A DNA stretch of 63,410 bases, the filler included, from Craspedostauros australis (lineage: Eukaryota), in NCBI GenBank assembly GCA_030167865.1. It is 4 parts of 4 records of this genome, joined end to end, with 100 filler letters (N's around TTAATTAATTAA, not from the genome) between each part and the next. Parts side by side here need not be neighbours in the genome. Positions count along the whole stretch, not along the records: positions 1 to 31,927 come from JALAGF010004788.1; 3 more parts are not named here. One strand, given 5' to 3'. Each line of letters opens with the position of its first letter. Position 1 is the first letter of the stretch. Both the position numbers and the translations under genes were made by a program. Shown one piece after another: positions 1 to 11,481 of this stretch. Under the pieces are notes generated by a model that was given only the letters and a program-made list of their open reading frames with translations, was not told the DNA's origin and did not search any database.

Positions 1-146
1 CACTCAAGCATTGGAGCCAAGCATTCCAATCATACTCGTACGCACTCGTCACTGTCCTCCTTGTCATTACCATGCCCATGTTTGTGTGGTACTCCATGCA
101 ATGGCCACATGCCATGAATGACATCATCGAAAAGGGCGAAATCTCT

Positions 147-1311
147 TCAAGCATTGTCCTTGAGGTAGGCCGCGAATTTGTCTTTGTACTCCGGATGCCA
201 ACGACTGAGCGGAGGGCGGTCCTCCGTGATGTCCCTCATGGTCCACGTCATACGGAGGTTGTCAGTCTTGCGATCGACGCTGTTGTCAGGACACATGATG
301 TAGAAGAGACCCTTGTCCATCTCTGCCACCATGAAGTCAACCACCTGCTTCGGCATCCAAGCTCCGTCGGCCGGCTTGTCCTCGTGGAAGAAGACTGCGT
401 CCTGATCAAACGCTTCATCCTTCTCCGATGCTTTCGACCTCGCCGCCTTGAGCGCGATGGATGTGTTGACCCAGCCTGGAACGAGCAAGCATGATCGCAG
501 CTTCGATCCTTCCTCGCTGCGCAGATCATGCTCCAATCCTTCCGTGTAACACTTCAACGCCGCCTTCGACATGTTGTACGAGAGATTTCCTGGCGGCATG
601 GTGATGCCTTGCTTGGATCCGGTGTTGACGATGATGCCAGGTTCGCCCGATGCCTTCATCTTGGGCACGAACGCCAGGCATCCATGGATCGGGCCGTACG
701 TGTTGACGCCCATAGTGAAGTGCACAGTCTTCATGTCCGTGAGCGGACCACCGCCTTGGCCAACCCCGGCGTTGTTCATGAGGAAGTGGCATTTTCCACC
801 ATCCTCAAACACTTCGTCTGCCAACTTCGCAAGTGCTTCCTCCTTCGAGACATCCACCACCCTCGCTTCGATTCTCTGAAAGGCCATGCGTCAGAGAAAA
901 ATGGGGAGCAGAAGAAGAAGCAATGAATGCGTGCAGATTGGTTTGATCAGTGAAATCAGTCAGAGCAGTGAAAGCCATGGCGATAAGAAATCGTCAGAGC
1001 AATGTGAAGCAACAAAGAGAGTGAGGTGAGAGGGTGAGAGAGGAAGACAGGTCGATAGATGAAGGATGCGAACCACAGCGAAGGATCCAACCAAACTGCT
1101 TGCGGTCGCCACTCACTTGAGATTCGGAAGTGCACTTGCTCTTGACGAGATCTTTCGCAAGACCCAGCTCTTCTTCGTCAATGTCTGTCATCCACACATG
1201 CATGCCTCGGCTGGCAAAGTCAATGCATGCGGCTCGACCGATGCCAGATGAAGCACCGGTCACGACGGCCGTGCATCCTTCCTTGAGTACATCCGCGCTT
1301 GTCACCGTCAT
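147..1311 (-). CDS. Short-chain dehydrogenase/reductase (classical SDR); 2 exons (1311-1117, 875-147)
   Basis: Exon 1 has the TGASSGIG Rossmann motif. Exon 2 has NNAG, catalytic S and YNMSK (YxxxK). A GTGAGT donor at 1116 and a TTTCAG acceptor at 876 join the exons in phase 0 (..SESQ|RIEAR..). Confidence 0.9.
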
Positions 1312-1814
1312 CTTGATGCTCTATCGTCGTCCTTGCGTTTGTCTCTTCTTGCGCGAGTGCGGATGGTGCGAGTATGAGTAAGAGTGCGAGTATGAGTGTG
1401 GATGGCATGAATGGTGTGGCTGGTTTGTGTGTTCTGTGGTGGTGGTGGTGACGTTGGTGGGAACTGGGAAAGAAGGGTGGAAAAGATCCGATTCGATTTT
1501 GTTCTTCGCATCTCTTTCTCTGAAGACTCCTGTAAAATCAGTCCTCTGATACGGCTGCTAAATCATGATAGAAGAAACGGTTGACTATCACTTGTTTTCA
1601 GCATCTCCAAGTAGGGAAGCACTTGGATGCTCCGCTTTCCTTTCTCTTCAGATGACAGCGAAACGAAGCGCAGCGCAGCTCTGCCCAACGGAGACAGACA
1701 CAAGGTCGCAACAAGCCAACATCTTCACACACAGCACAACAACGATTCAGCGCATGCTTTCTGCATGTGCATCTGATGGATGGTACTAGTATCATACACA
1801 CTCTGCCATTGTGT

Positions 1815-1853
<39 letters not shown>
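1815..1853. repeat. (ATC)n microsatellite
   Basis: About 13 perfect ATC units, read directly from the sequence. Confidence 0.95.
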
Positions 1854-1854
<1 letters not shown>

Positions 1855-1869
1855 CTATGTCTGCTTGTG

Positions 1870-3181
1870 TGGCTATCAAGCACGCCAACACTCGGCGGCA
1901 CACAAGCACATCGTGTGGGCACTCGAGCTCTCGATTCCGACAGTGGAAAACGTGCTCCTCACCAAACTACCCACCATGGCTCATCCCCACCCGATTCGCA
2001 GACGATTTGATCACCAACGCGCTGACGGTGCCCATCCTGGGCGGACTCTGTGGACGGATTTGAGACTGAGGGACGAGGCAACAAGGAACGACTTTCACTG
2101 ATGGCGTTCCTGGTCAGAGGAATGGTCATTCAGATCGCCATCATGATGCCAGTGCCGGCCGGGTGGCTGCGCGGCACGGAGGACTTCCTCATTCCCTTGC
2201 ATCGTTTGGACACTGACGACATGATTCCAGTACACTGGAATGACCCATGTCCTGACGTACGCATCGGCCTCGCCTTGCACTTGCCGATCAACTGGCTCTT
2301 CGTCTGCTCCGCAGGCGTGAGTAATCTTGGATGAACCGTTGCCGCAACCACCTTCCAGCTTTTGCAGGCCATCATCATGATTGGGTGGGCCTTCGGTACC
2401 GATCACGGTCGCAATTGCGATGGACAAGGAAGATGTCACATTCTGGCCTGGATTCAAGGCAGCCGTCTCATCGTTGCGTGACGTCCTCCAGGACGTACCT
2501 TGTGTTGGCGCTTTCAGGTATCATCGCGAGAACCGAATGGTGGGCATCCGGAGTGGCCACCTTCCTCTCCGGAAGCCTGTCGTCAACCGCCGAGATCGCC
2601 GCCAACTCTGTGAGCTTGTTCCAGTCCATCAATAACGTCTTCTTCATGCTTTCCGTCGCAATTGGAGTTGCAGGAGCGACGTCAGTCAGCACACTCCTGG
2701 GAAAAGGCAGACCGCACGCCGCTCAATTGATAAGCGACGTCCGTGTTCAGTGCACAGCCACAAACACATACACAATCGGTATCGGCATTACGTTCACGCC
2801 GGACGAGAAGGATATCATTGACCAGACCACGGAGACCATCCCGCTGCTGGCCTTCCACATCTTTGCTGATGGTGTGCTCCATGCTTTCTGCACCATGCTG
2901 ACAGGGACAGGCAACCAATGCTCCACCGTGCCAGCCGCGGTGTTTTCGCACTGCCTTATTGCACTGCCACTGGCATACGAGCGAATACACATTTCTTGGT
3001 CGTTCGCAACGACGGCAACACGACCCGCAAAGGCAGCTACTTCTGCTGCACAGTCAACGCTCTTATCCCCGCCATCACGATCGGAACATGGGTCCACATG
3101 CTCAGCTGCATCATTTTTCACAACTTTGGTATCAACTGGGAGTTGGAGGCAAAGCAAGTCGAGGACAGCACGAAGACTTGA
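1870..3181 (+). pseudogene. Decayed MATE (multidrug and toxic compound extrusion) transporter
   Basis: MATE-like segments are spread over several frames with frameshifts and stops: EWWASGVATFLSG, FFMLSVAIGVAGATSVSTLLGKGRPHAA, FTPDEKDII..TIPLLAFHIFADG, IALPLAY, TIGTWVHML..NWELEAKQ. Confidence 0.75.
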
Positions 3182-3539
3182 AGGACCGGCCATCGTGGGG
3201 GAGGTACGACACGGTACAGCATGCCCATCAACACATGGCGCGCGTTCTGTCGTGATGGAGAAAGGGTGCTTCTCCCGTGACTCGATCAGTCCTTGATGTT
3301 CGCCCTTCTCCTTTTTGAAAAAATGGATTCTTGTTTCGTTTGTTTGTTGGCTTGTTTGTGGTACGATCTACAACACGCGCAAAACAGGCAACTTCCATCG
3401 TTCATCGGCATTGCCATCATCGATCATCGATCGTCCATAATCTCAATCGACCATCAATCATCAGCTATAACAGTCGTCCTTGCCGACGCCATTCCCCTCA
3501 GAAGCAAGCACCATCCAGATCCATCAGGGACCCAGCAAG

Positions 3540-5183
3540 ATGGAGGAAGAAAGAACAAGAGGTGAGCTGCGGTCGTTGACAGGATTGCAGTACAGCATTG
3601 CAGTGCGGTGCGGTGCCGAATGAGTAATGGACTCAGCGACTGCGGATCATGATGCGATTGGTGGCAAGTCTTACACCCACCACATGTCCTCGCGGTCTGC
3701 ATGGCGGTCGAAGTTACCTTGGCGTATGTGTCCATGTCCATGCCCGCTTCAAACAAGTAGCAAATGATGATTGGAAATGATTTGTTCTCAACCGACGCGC
3801 GCATCCTGTTCTTTTCCCATACTCCTTCTACACATTCCTTCCACACGCTCCAACATCATACGGGTACCTACTCTACATAATTTTCGAATCGCTGTCGCAC
3901 TGTGGACATTTCTACTTTCAGAACTGGCCACACAGGCGCACAGCCGTGGGAGAGAGAGATCACGGCTTCGTCAGGCTTGTTTGGGAGGTGACCTAGATAT
4001 GGTGCAGTCATTGCTGGCGACAGGGAGAGCTGCAGGACCGATGGCTCTGGACGGCGAAGGTCGAACGCTGATCCACAATGCTTCTATCCGTGGGCATGCA
4101 CACGTGGTGGACTTGTTGCTCACACCCAATCATCACGGCCTGGAAATCGATGTCAATGCTCAAGACAACTATGATTTCACAGCATTGCACGGCGCTTGCT
4201 ATCTGGGTCACCTCGATGTCGTCAGACGCTTGCTTCAAGCCGACCATATCAACGTCAACTTTCAACACGAATATGGTCCCACGCCATTGCATCTCGCTTG
4301 CCGTGGGCGCAAAGTAGAAGTCGTCAGATACTTACTCCAAGACGAACGCATCGACATCAACGCAGAGGACGAGACTGGTGGAACGCCGTTTCGCAAAGCG
4401 TGCGCCATGGGCTGCAGTATCATGGCTACATGCTTTCTCCAACACATGCACGACAATAACATCAGCATCGACCTCCTTGCCCTGTATGAGAATGGGGTCC
4501 TTCACGTCGCTACTGCGAATGGCCTGATGGATGTGATCCTTCAGTTCATACATGCCCACAATACCGAGAATATGAGCATCCACATGAACCGCCAAGACGA
4601 AAACGGTAGCACCCTGCTCCACCATGTTTGTGAATTACGCGATCTACGCCTGTTCAAGTGCCTCCTTCAGTCAGAGTACACCCGGGGAACAACCGATCTC
4701 ACGATCCTCAACAGACGCGGGCAGACTTCGCTCCACGTTGCGTGTAGCAACCTCTACTCCTCTAGAGAGATGGTGGATTGCATCCTCGAGTCAGCTCGCA
4801 CCAACAACATGAGCCTCGATATCAACGCTCAAGGTACAGACGGCCGCACGCCGCTACACATTGCCTGCATCATGGGTTCCGGCCATGTGATCGAATCATT
4901 GCTTCGATTCAATGAAGCCCGCAACGTTCGCACCAACATCAACGTTCAAGACAACAACGGGCTCACAGCCCTCTGCTGGGCGTGTGTGAAAGGCCGCAGA
5001 GATGCGGTGGAAGCTTTGCTCCAATCTCGCTCCATCCGCGACGTCATCGACATTTTCGTCGAAGATGTCTACGGAGACACAGCACTTTGCCATGCCACTG
5101 CGAACCACCGCGAAGATATCGTCGAGCTGCTGCTTCGATCCGATTCCATACGCACGCGCACGGACAGCATGCCCAATATGTGA
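3540..5183 (+). CDS. Ankyrin-repeat protein (~11 repeats); micro first exon 3540-3561, intron 3562-3921
   Basis: Repeated G.TPLH.AC..G...V+..LL......IN units. The 22-nt exon ATG GAG GAA..AGA G|GTGAG splices in frame to TTTCAG|AA (GAA) of the long ORF. Confidence 0.85.
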
Positions 5184-5901
5184 CGTGCTCGTGCGTAGCA
5201 TAGCGTCCATCGCCTTGCCTCCCAATTCCCCGATCGGAAGGCAACCCAAGACGAAGAGTTGGGGAGGAAGGGAGTCGGTCATCTCCTTTTGAACATCAGC
5301 ATCTGCTCAATGCTGCCTTGTAGCAACACCAGCAAGAATTGCGCCCTGCATCAGCGGCACCCCTTCAGCACATCGTGCGCTCATCAATATGTATGATTGT
5401 ATTGTATTGTATGTGGTAGTGAAAGTAAAAGTGATAGTGATTGTATTACTCTGCTCAGATCGACTCTGGCGACGCCGCCCGCGAAGGTGAATCAAATTCG
5501 GATCGATGCACGGAGTCTCTAGAGAGAGAGAGAGAGAGAGAGTCACATCCTGGAGAGTACTCGTGCTCAACGAGTGTGTATGATGCCACACTTGTTGCTC
5601 AACCCGGAGCGCCTCGCAGATGCCCAGTGAAACTACTCTCGTGGAGGTGGGGTGCCATGCGACTTGTTGGTGGTCCTCGCCGCACTGGACTGTCATCGTC
5701 GCTGCTTGGCTGGCGATCTCCCTGCATCAGAGGACAACTACACATGCCAAACTGCGATGCCCACGCACTATTCATTATTGATGTTGTACGACTATGGTAA
5801 GCGGGGAGTCTCCCTCAACTTTCTTCGCACGTGAGAACAAGCTTCGTCACATCAAACCAGGCTGCAGGCCCTTCGAGGTGGTTGGACTGTTTGCTCCACC
5901 A

Positions 5902-6975
5902 TTACAGCACAGTTGGTGGGACGTACCCGGCATTGGCCTTGTCCCCTCGCAAGCCAACATCATCGCCGTCGCTGCCCTTGTCGTTGTTCTTCGTGCCCCA
6001 TGCCACGCCAAAGCCTCCCCAGCTATGTCTGCCACGCGGGCTGCCGTCGTTGTCCAAACGCAAGGATTGGATCGGAAGCTGGATGTCTGATCCCGGAAGC
6101 TTCCAGTCCATGCGGATCCTGGTCTTCGCACGTTGATGTTGCGAAGTGTCCATGTCTGGAAAGAACCGACGGCGTCGAGCTTGGCGCCGTGCGCTTCTCG
6201 GTGCGCAGTTAGTTTCGCCCATACTTACAGGTGGTGCCTGCGCTGCATACGAATGAGCACCTACGTGAATAGCGCCCATGCCAACATCGTCGTTGAAGCC
6301 ACCGGATCTGACGTCCCTTTCTTCATGCGTCTCAGTCTGACGATGATCTTGCCCCGATAGTTGGTGCAACTGCTGCTCGTTCATGCCATCCAGTGGTGGA
6401 GATGGCACGCATGGCTCTCTGTATACGACAGCCCCCGCGGTGACAACAGCGTCACCACCGTCATGACAATGGCTGTCATCGCGCTCGCTGCCAGGCTGCC
6501 GATTGCGAGCACCTTCCCTTGCTGTGCCCGTCTCAAATCTGGATTCTCTCCACATCTCCCGCAACGCCGATCCCACCACGGTCTCGATGTGCAGCACGGC
6601 GCGATCCATCGGGCAGTCGAGCTGCGCGGCCTTGACCTGATTGAGGATATCGGCACGGCGAAAGTCCAGCGACTCCAGGAAGGACTGGCGCTTCTGCTGG
6701 GTTGGCAATGTCTCCATGATGGCATCCTCCGGCTCCATGCAATCGCACACGATGCGGTTCATGATGACTCTGGCCACTGTGTGGAAGGTGTCGTCGTTGT
6801 CAAAGACATTGGTGGTGACCACCGGCTCGGGACGCATGCACCGCACCGCGAGCCTGCTGCGAATGCTGTCACCTCTTTTGCTCAGCCATGCCATGCTGCG
6901 TTGCGGTGGCCCAACAGCTTCTTCCGCTTCGACAGTGAGTCCTCCTCGCCAACGCGTGAGTCGGCTCATGGTCAT
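5902..6975 (-). CDS. Hypothetical protein
   Basis: 357-aa ATG-initiated ORF with gene-like composition and a helical-looking N-terminal half. No family recognised and the 3' end is uncertain. Confidence 0.45.
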   Translation of the reverse strand: MTMSRLTRWRGGLTVEAEEAVGPPQRSMAWLSKRGDSIRSRLAVRCMRPEPVVTTNVFDNDDTFHTVARVIMNRIVCDCMEPEDAIMETLPTQQKRQSFLESLDFRRADILNQVKAAQLDCPMDRAVLHIETVVGSALREMWRESRFETGTAREGARNRQPGSERDDSHCHDGGDAVVTAGAVVYREPCVPSPPLDGMNEQQLHQLSGQDHRQTETHEERDVRSGGFNDDVGMGAIHVGAHSYAAQAPPVSMGETNCAPRSARRQARRRRFFPDMDTSQHQRAKTRIRMDWKLPGSDIQLPIQSLRLDNDGSPRGRHSWGGFGVAWGTKNNDKGSDGDDVGLRGDKANAGYVPPTVL

Positions 6976-7740
6976 CGAGATGAATCGGCTCGACGTGTGC
7001 TGTACTGTGCTGTGATGTGCCGCAGTCTGGGCGCGTGATGCTGAAGATGACTAGTGCCTGGTCTGCTCTGCTCTGCTCTGCGTTCCTCTGCTCTGCTTCA
7101 CGATGGAACGGTTCACAGCGATGTTCAACAAGAGGAAGGTCACGAATTCGCAATCCGCGATGGAGTTGTGATCACGTGCGCGATTTGGCAAGGTGTGTCA
7201 GCCAAAATCGTTGGTCCAGTACACAGAAAGCGACACCGCGGGAGCAAAAAAAGCGAAGAAAGGCGCCGCCGTTTGTGTGAGTGGAAAAAGGGGAGTTGCC
7301 ATTTGGACCGTTAGCGATGCCAGCAACTATTGGCGAAGGTGGGTGAAAATTGAGCGATTCATGTCTTCTTCATGTCTTTGTGACACTGTCCAACTCGAAA
7401 AGGGGGCATCTGTTGTCCCCATTATTTGGGGGCAAACTGCCCCTAAATATGTAGACTGGAAGAAGTAAATGTAGACCTTTGGTCTCACAACGATGCTGTC
7501 TTGGCAAGCGCGCTGCCGAATCGGTTTTACAACACCATGCCCAATAGTTACATGAGTACGACTATTCTCCGGAAAGGTTAGAGTAGCATCGAATACAGTA
7601 GTGCATAGTAGAACACGATGGTCCTCCTTGTCCTCCTTCGTAAGCTGTTCATCCCACCTATTATAGTTCTGTGCGAGTGCCTCAGCTTTCCAGTCCTCCA
7701 TTCATCCTTCCTTGTTTCGTCGCTTGCTTGTTTGCTGGCA

Positions 7741-9582
7741 CTACAAAGGTGGAAGCCCAAGGCTGTATTTCATCATGGCATTGAAGACGGGTGTCTTGAT
7801 GGCGCCCGGCGCGATGCGCATCAGCGGTCTCAGAACATCTTTGCTGAACATCCCGGTGAGCGTCCCCGTGGTGGGCTGACCCAGCGCCTGGACGATCTCC
7901 GTCGCTCTGAGCAGGCAGATGAGGCGCCCAAGCCTCTGCTCGTGGCGGAAGTTCAAGCCCTCGCGCAACGATTTGGGATCAAATGCAAGCGAGGGGAATT
8001 CGGGACGGGCGGGCTGGGAGAGGCTCATTTCCAACGATTGTGCCAGGGCAGCGGCACCTTCCATGCCGATGGTGAATCCTTGCGCCAGGATGGGGTCGAT
8101 CGTCATGAAGGAGTCACCGACGAAGACGATGGCCGGTCCGTTGCCAGCTGCATGGGGCCTTTCGTGACGCATATGGCCGATGACCTGGTTGAAATTGGTG
8201 ACGGGGATCATGCAGTGCTTGTGCGCCACGGCACGTTCCATGAGTATCTGGTCTGGAGGTGTTGCCTCCACGATGCGACGGATCGGGTCGTGCCAATCGG
8301 CAAACGCCTCCAGCAGCTTCGTCCGTCTCACCAATGGATCCTCCTCGGAGCATATCTCATCATCGTTGATGGTGATGAACCAAACCTGCCGTTCGGTGCG
8401 TCCATCGTCGTGATCACCGCCTGAGCTGGGATCGGACTTGTCGGGCGTCACCATGGGAACAACAGCAAATCGCTGAGAGCGACCTTCACCCCAGGTCTGG
8501 AAACTGACGTCCAAGCCGCTTTCCTCCGTGGACATCAACGAGTTGCCTCGGAAGACCGTGTACTCCCTATCCTGCGTACTGACCGCCTCTGACTGACCCT
8601 CCTCATCCCATGCATCGGATAACGTCCTCGCAGATGCTGATACTGTTGCGGAAACTGCTTCCGCTGATGATGATGCCGCCCTCGAATCCGATGATGGTGT
8701 CGACGCCGATGTCGACGTTGATGTTGGCAAATCGATCGGCCCTGGCAAGGTTGTGTTGGATGCAATCTTGCGTCTCTTGAGCAAGTGTCCGCCGTAGAGC
8801 TTCCGTATGTTGGAATTCATCCCGTCCGCGGTGATGATGAGGTGATAATCCTTGTCGGTGACGGTTCCGTTGGTGTACTGCAGGCGTGCGGACCATGGCT
8901 GCGTGGAGGTTTCATCGATGCGCTCCACGTCGTTGTCCTTCCCGGTCTGCAGCACGACGTTGCCCCGTTCCTCCTCGAGACGCAATCCCTCACGTAACGA
9001 CGCGACGAGGTCCATCTCCCTCAGAAAGAGGAGGCTCGGAAGATCGCCACCCACGTGACTCTGGGCCAGCCAATGTCCCTGCGGCGTGCGGTAGCCGACA
9101 TCTCCCACCTGCGTGCCGTGCCTCTGCATTGCAGCATGCGCCGCGCGATGCGAGTCTGCCTCGGACTTCAAGAAAGGGTCCATGGCCGTGCTCCACACGC
9201 CCACGCCGATCTCGCGGCTCTCGTTGCCACGGTCGAAGACGTCGATCGGTCCATCGATGAGGCCCTTCGACACCAGGGGAGCCAGATGCAACGCCGTCGC
9301 CAAGCCTGAGACGCCACCGCCCACCACCGCTACCCTCAGCCGATCGCCCGTTGTTTGGGTGGAAAAGTTGCGATTTCTATGAACGATGTTTCTGATTTTC
9401 TTGCTGCGGATCACGCCATTGCGGGTGTTGTTGCTGTTATTGCTGCTGATGGTGGTTGCGAGCCGGCATGCCACAGCTGACGAAGATGAGAATGCAGACG
9501 CTGCACGGACGTGGTGAGACCAGCTGATGCTGGTGGTCGCTCTCCTCACGAAGATGTAGCTCCTGCACCCGTGCTGCATCAT
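7741..9582 (-). CDS. FAD-dependent monooxygenase (group A; zeaxanthin epoxidase / salicylate hydroxylase superfamily) with mitochondrial-type presequence
   Basis: Motifs VAVVGGGVSG (GxGxxG), ITADGMNSNIR (DG) and VGDSFMTIDPILAQG (GD). The N-terminal ~75 aa are R/S/T-rich and lack acidic residues. Confidence 0.88.
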   Translation of the reverse strand: MMQHGCRSYIFVRRATTSISWSHHVRAASAFSSSSAVACRLATTISSNNSNNTRNGVIRSKKIRNIVHRNRNFSTQTTGDRLRVAVVGGGVSGLATALHLAPLVSKGLIDGPIDVFDRGNESREIGVGVWSTAMDPFLKSEADSHRAAHAAMQRHGTQVGDVGYRTPQGHWLAQSHVGGDLPSLLFLREMDLVASLREGLRLEEERGNVVLQTGKDNDVERIDETSTQPWSARLQYTNGTVTDKDYHLIITADGMNSNIRKLYGGHLLKRRKIASNTTLPGPIDLPTSTSTSASTPSSDSRAASSSAEAVSATVSASARTLSDAWDEEGQSEAVSTQDREYTVFRGNSLMSTEESGLDVSFQTWGEGRSQRFAVVPMVTPDKSDPSSGGDHDDGRTERQVWFITINDDEICSEEDPLVRRTKLLEAFADWHDPIRRIVEATPPDQILMERAVAHKHCMIPVTNFNQVIGHMRHERPHAAGNGPAIVFVGDSFMTIDPILAQGFTIGMEGAAALAQSLEMSLSQPARPEFPSLAFDPKSLREGLNFRHEQRLGRLICLLRATEIVQALGQPTTGTLTGMFSKDVLRPLMRIAPGAIKTPVFNAMMKYSLGLPPL

Positions 9583-10056
9583 GGTTGCCTGTCTTTGCTC
9601 TTTGATCTATTCTATAATAGAATAGAATACAATATAATGTATTGCTTGCAATTATACTTCCACTTGTGTGTGTGCGTGTGTGTTGGATATAAGTGGGAGA
9701 CGGAGGCAGATCCTGCAGAGGCGGAGAGACGAAGTGAAGATCTTGCTTTGCGATGCCACAAGAACGACACGATTGCGAACATGGGTTTGTAGTGTGGAGG
9801 TGTTGTGGTGATTGCGTTTTCGGATTCGCTTCGCGTTTCCACGCCAACTGTTGTTGTGCATGTTCTTCATCTTCGTCGACACGTTCAGATCTTGTCGCGA
9901 AGCAGAGTCTGTGCTTCTTCCGTTTCGAAACGACATCGTGACTTGATTGCTTTGGTCCCGCTTCACCAAGACCACCATTTTTTTTTTGTGAGAAACGAGA
10001 AAGCTGTGACGATCATCCACGCTGCAACGTCGTGACAGTGATGTCCAAATCTGCAG

Positions 10057-10112
10057 GCAACAATGCAACAATGCAACAATGCAACAATGCAACAATGCAA
10101 CAATGCAACAAT
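10057..10112. repeat. (CAATGCAA)n 8-bp tandem repeat, ~6 copies
   Basis: Read directly; lies in the divergent intergenic region just upstream of EMG1. Confidence 0.9.
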
Positions 10113-10177
10113 CCAATCCACACGACTCTACTCTACGTCGTCCATCGAGAATTACACAGAAGACAAGGACTGTGACG

Positions 10178-11077
10178 ATGCCAAGATCCAAGTCCAAGTC
10201 CAAATCGAAGGCTGATGCCGATCCCGAAATTGATCATGACGAGAGCGATGGCAATGATGCGGATGTGAACAACGGCTCCCGGCCCAACAAAAAGGCCAAG
10301 ACGGATGACGACGACAACGACAACGATAATGCGACCGCAAGCAACGGCCTCGGAAGCACACCACTCGAGATCGGCATGTACAACAACATTCCGAACAGTG
10401 GTGCGAATCACCGCAAATCGCCACCGATCATCATCCTGTTGGACCTGGCGACCCTCGAAACGGTCAAGAACCGCAAGGGCATGTACGAATTGCTCAACTG
10501 CGACGATCACCGTGATCTGTGCAAACGCAAACTGAAGAAGGATCCCAAGGCCTACCGTCCCGATATTTTGCATCAGGAATTGCTGGCCCTGCTTGATTCG
10601 CCGCTCAACAAGTCGGGCAACCTCAAGGTCTACATCGCCACGACGAAGAAGGTGCTCATCGACGTGCATCCCTCCATTCGGATCCCGCGCACCTACAAAC
10701 GATTCGCCGGCCTCATGGTCCAGCTGCTGCACAAGATGAAGATCAAGGCTGGCAACGACTCGACGACCTTGCTCAAGGTCATCAAGAATCCCTTCTCGCA
10801 GCATCTGCCAGCGGGCACACGCTGCTTCGGGATGTCCTGCGAAGGCACGCTCTACAGCCCCATCGCGTTGGCCAAGGCCCTCGTGCCGGTCAACAAGGAT
10901 GACACGACCATCCCGCCGACTTGCTTCGTGGTGGGCGCCATGAGTTCGGGGCACATCACCATCAATGATCATCCATACATCGAGAAGATGATCAGCGTCA
11001 GTGGATATCCGTTGAGCGGGGCGGCCGCGTTGTCACGGATTGCCGGCGGCATTGAGCATCACTGGGGAATTGTGTGA
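10178..11077 (+). CDS. EMG1: 18S rRNA (pseudouridine-N1)-methyltransferase EMG1/NEP1
   Basis: Motifs LLNCDDH, RPDILHQELLALLDSPLNKSG, RIPRTYKRFAGLMVQLLHK, VVGAMSSG and ISVSGYPLS. First in-frame ATG with a plausible N-terminus (MPRSKSK) is at 10178. Confidence 0.95.
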   Translation: MPRSKSKSKSKADADPEIDHDESDGNDADVNNGSRPNKKAKTDDDDNDNDNATASNGLGSTPLEIGMYNNIPNSGANHRKSPPIIILLDLATLETVKNRKGMYELLNCDDHRDLCKRKLKKDPKAYRPDILHQELLALLDSPLNKSGNLKVYIATTKKVLIDVHPSIRIPRTYKRFAGLMVQLLHKMKIKAGNDSTTLLKVIKNPFSQHLPAGTRCFGMSCEGTLYSPIALAKALVPVNKDDTTIPPTCFVVGAMSSGHITINDHPYIEKMISVSGYPLSGAAALSRIAGGIEHHWGIV

Positions 11078-11481
11078 GATGAATGGCTAGAGCAGATTGC
11101 TTGAGTGCCATTTGAATCGTTGTTTGGGTGGTGGTTGGAAAGATTGAAGGAATGGATGAATAGACTGCCTCATTATCGCAGCCGCAGTTGTCCTTTGCCC
11201 GTTCTGCATGCAATGACACTCTGTCACTATTCTGTCAGTTTCACAAAGATGCAGCGTGTGACGGTCGTAACAAGATCTATGCCCATGGTTCTTCCCTCAC
11301 ACAAGCAGAAACCGAACATTACACATGCAAAAGAAGGCATCAGGACGCCATACCAGCACAACGCAAAGTGTCAACTCCAGCTTGCATTTGAGTCTATAAT
11401 ATTTCGTGAAGACTGGAGTTTAGTAATCTATTGTTTCAACAAGCTCTACTCAGAGTATGCCGTATACTATTATATTATATT

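Noticed and set aside
1598..2101. Poly-His, poly-Met, poly-Asp and poly-Ile ORFs
   Set aside because: These are the six-frame translations of one (ATC)n microsatellite.
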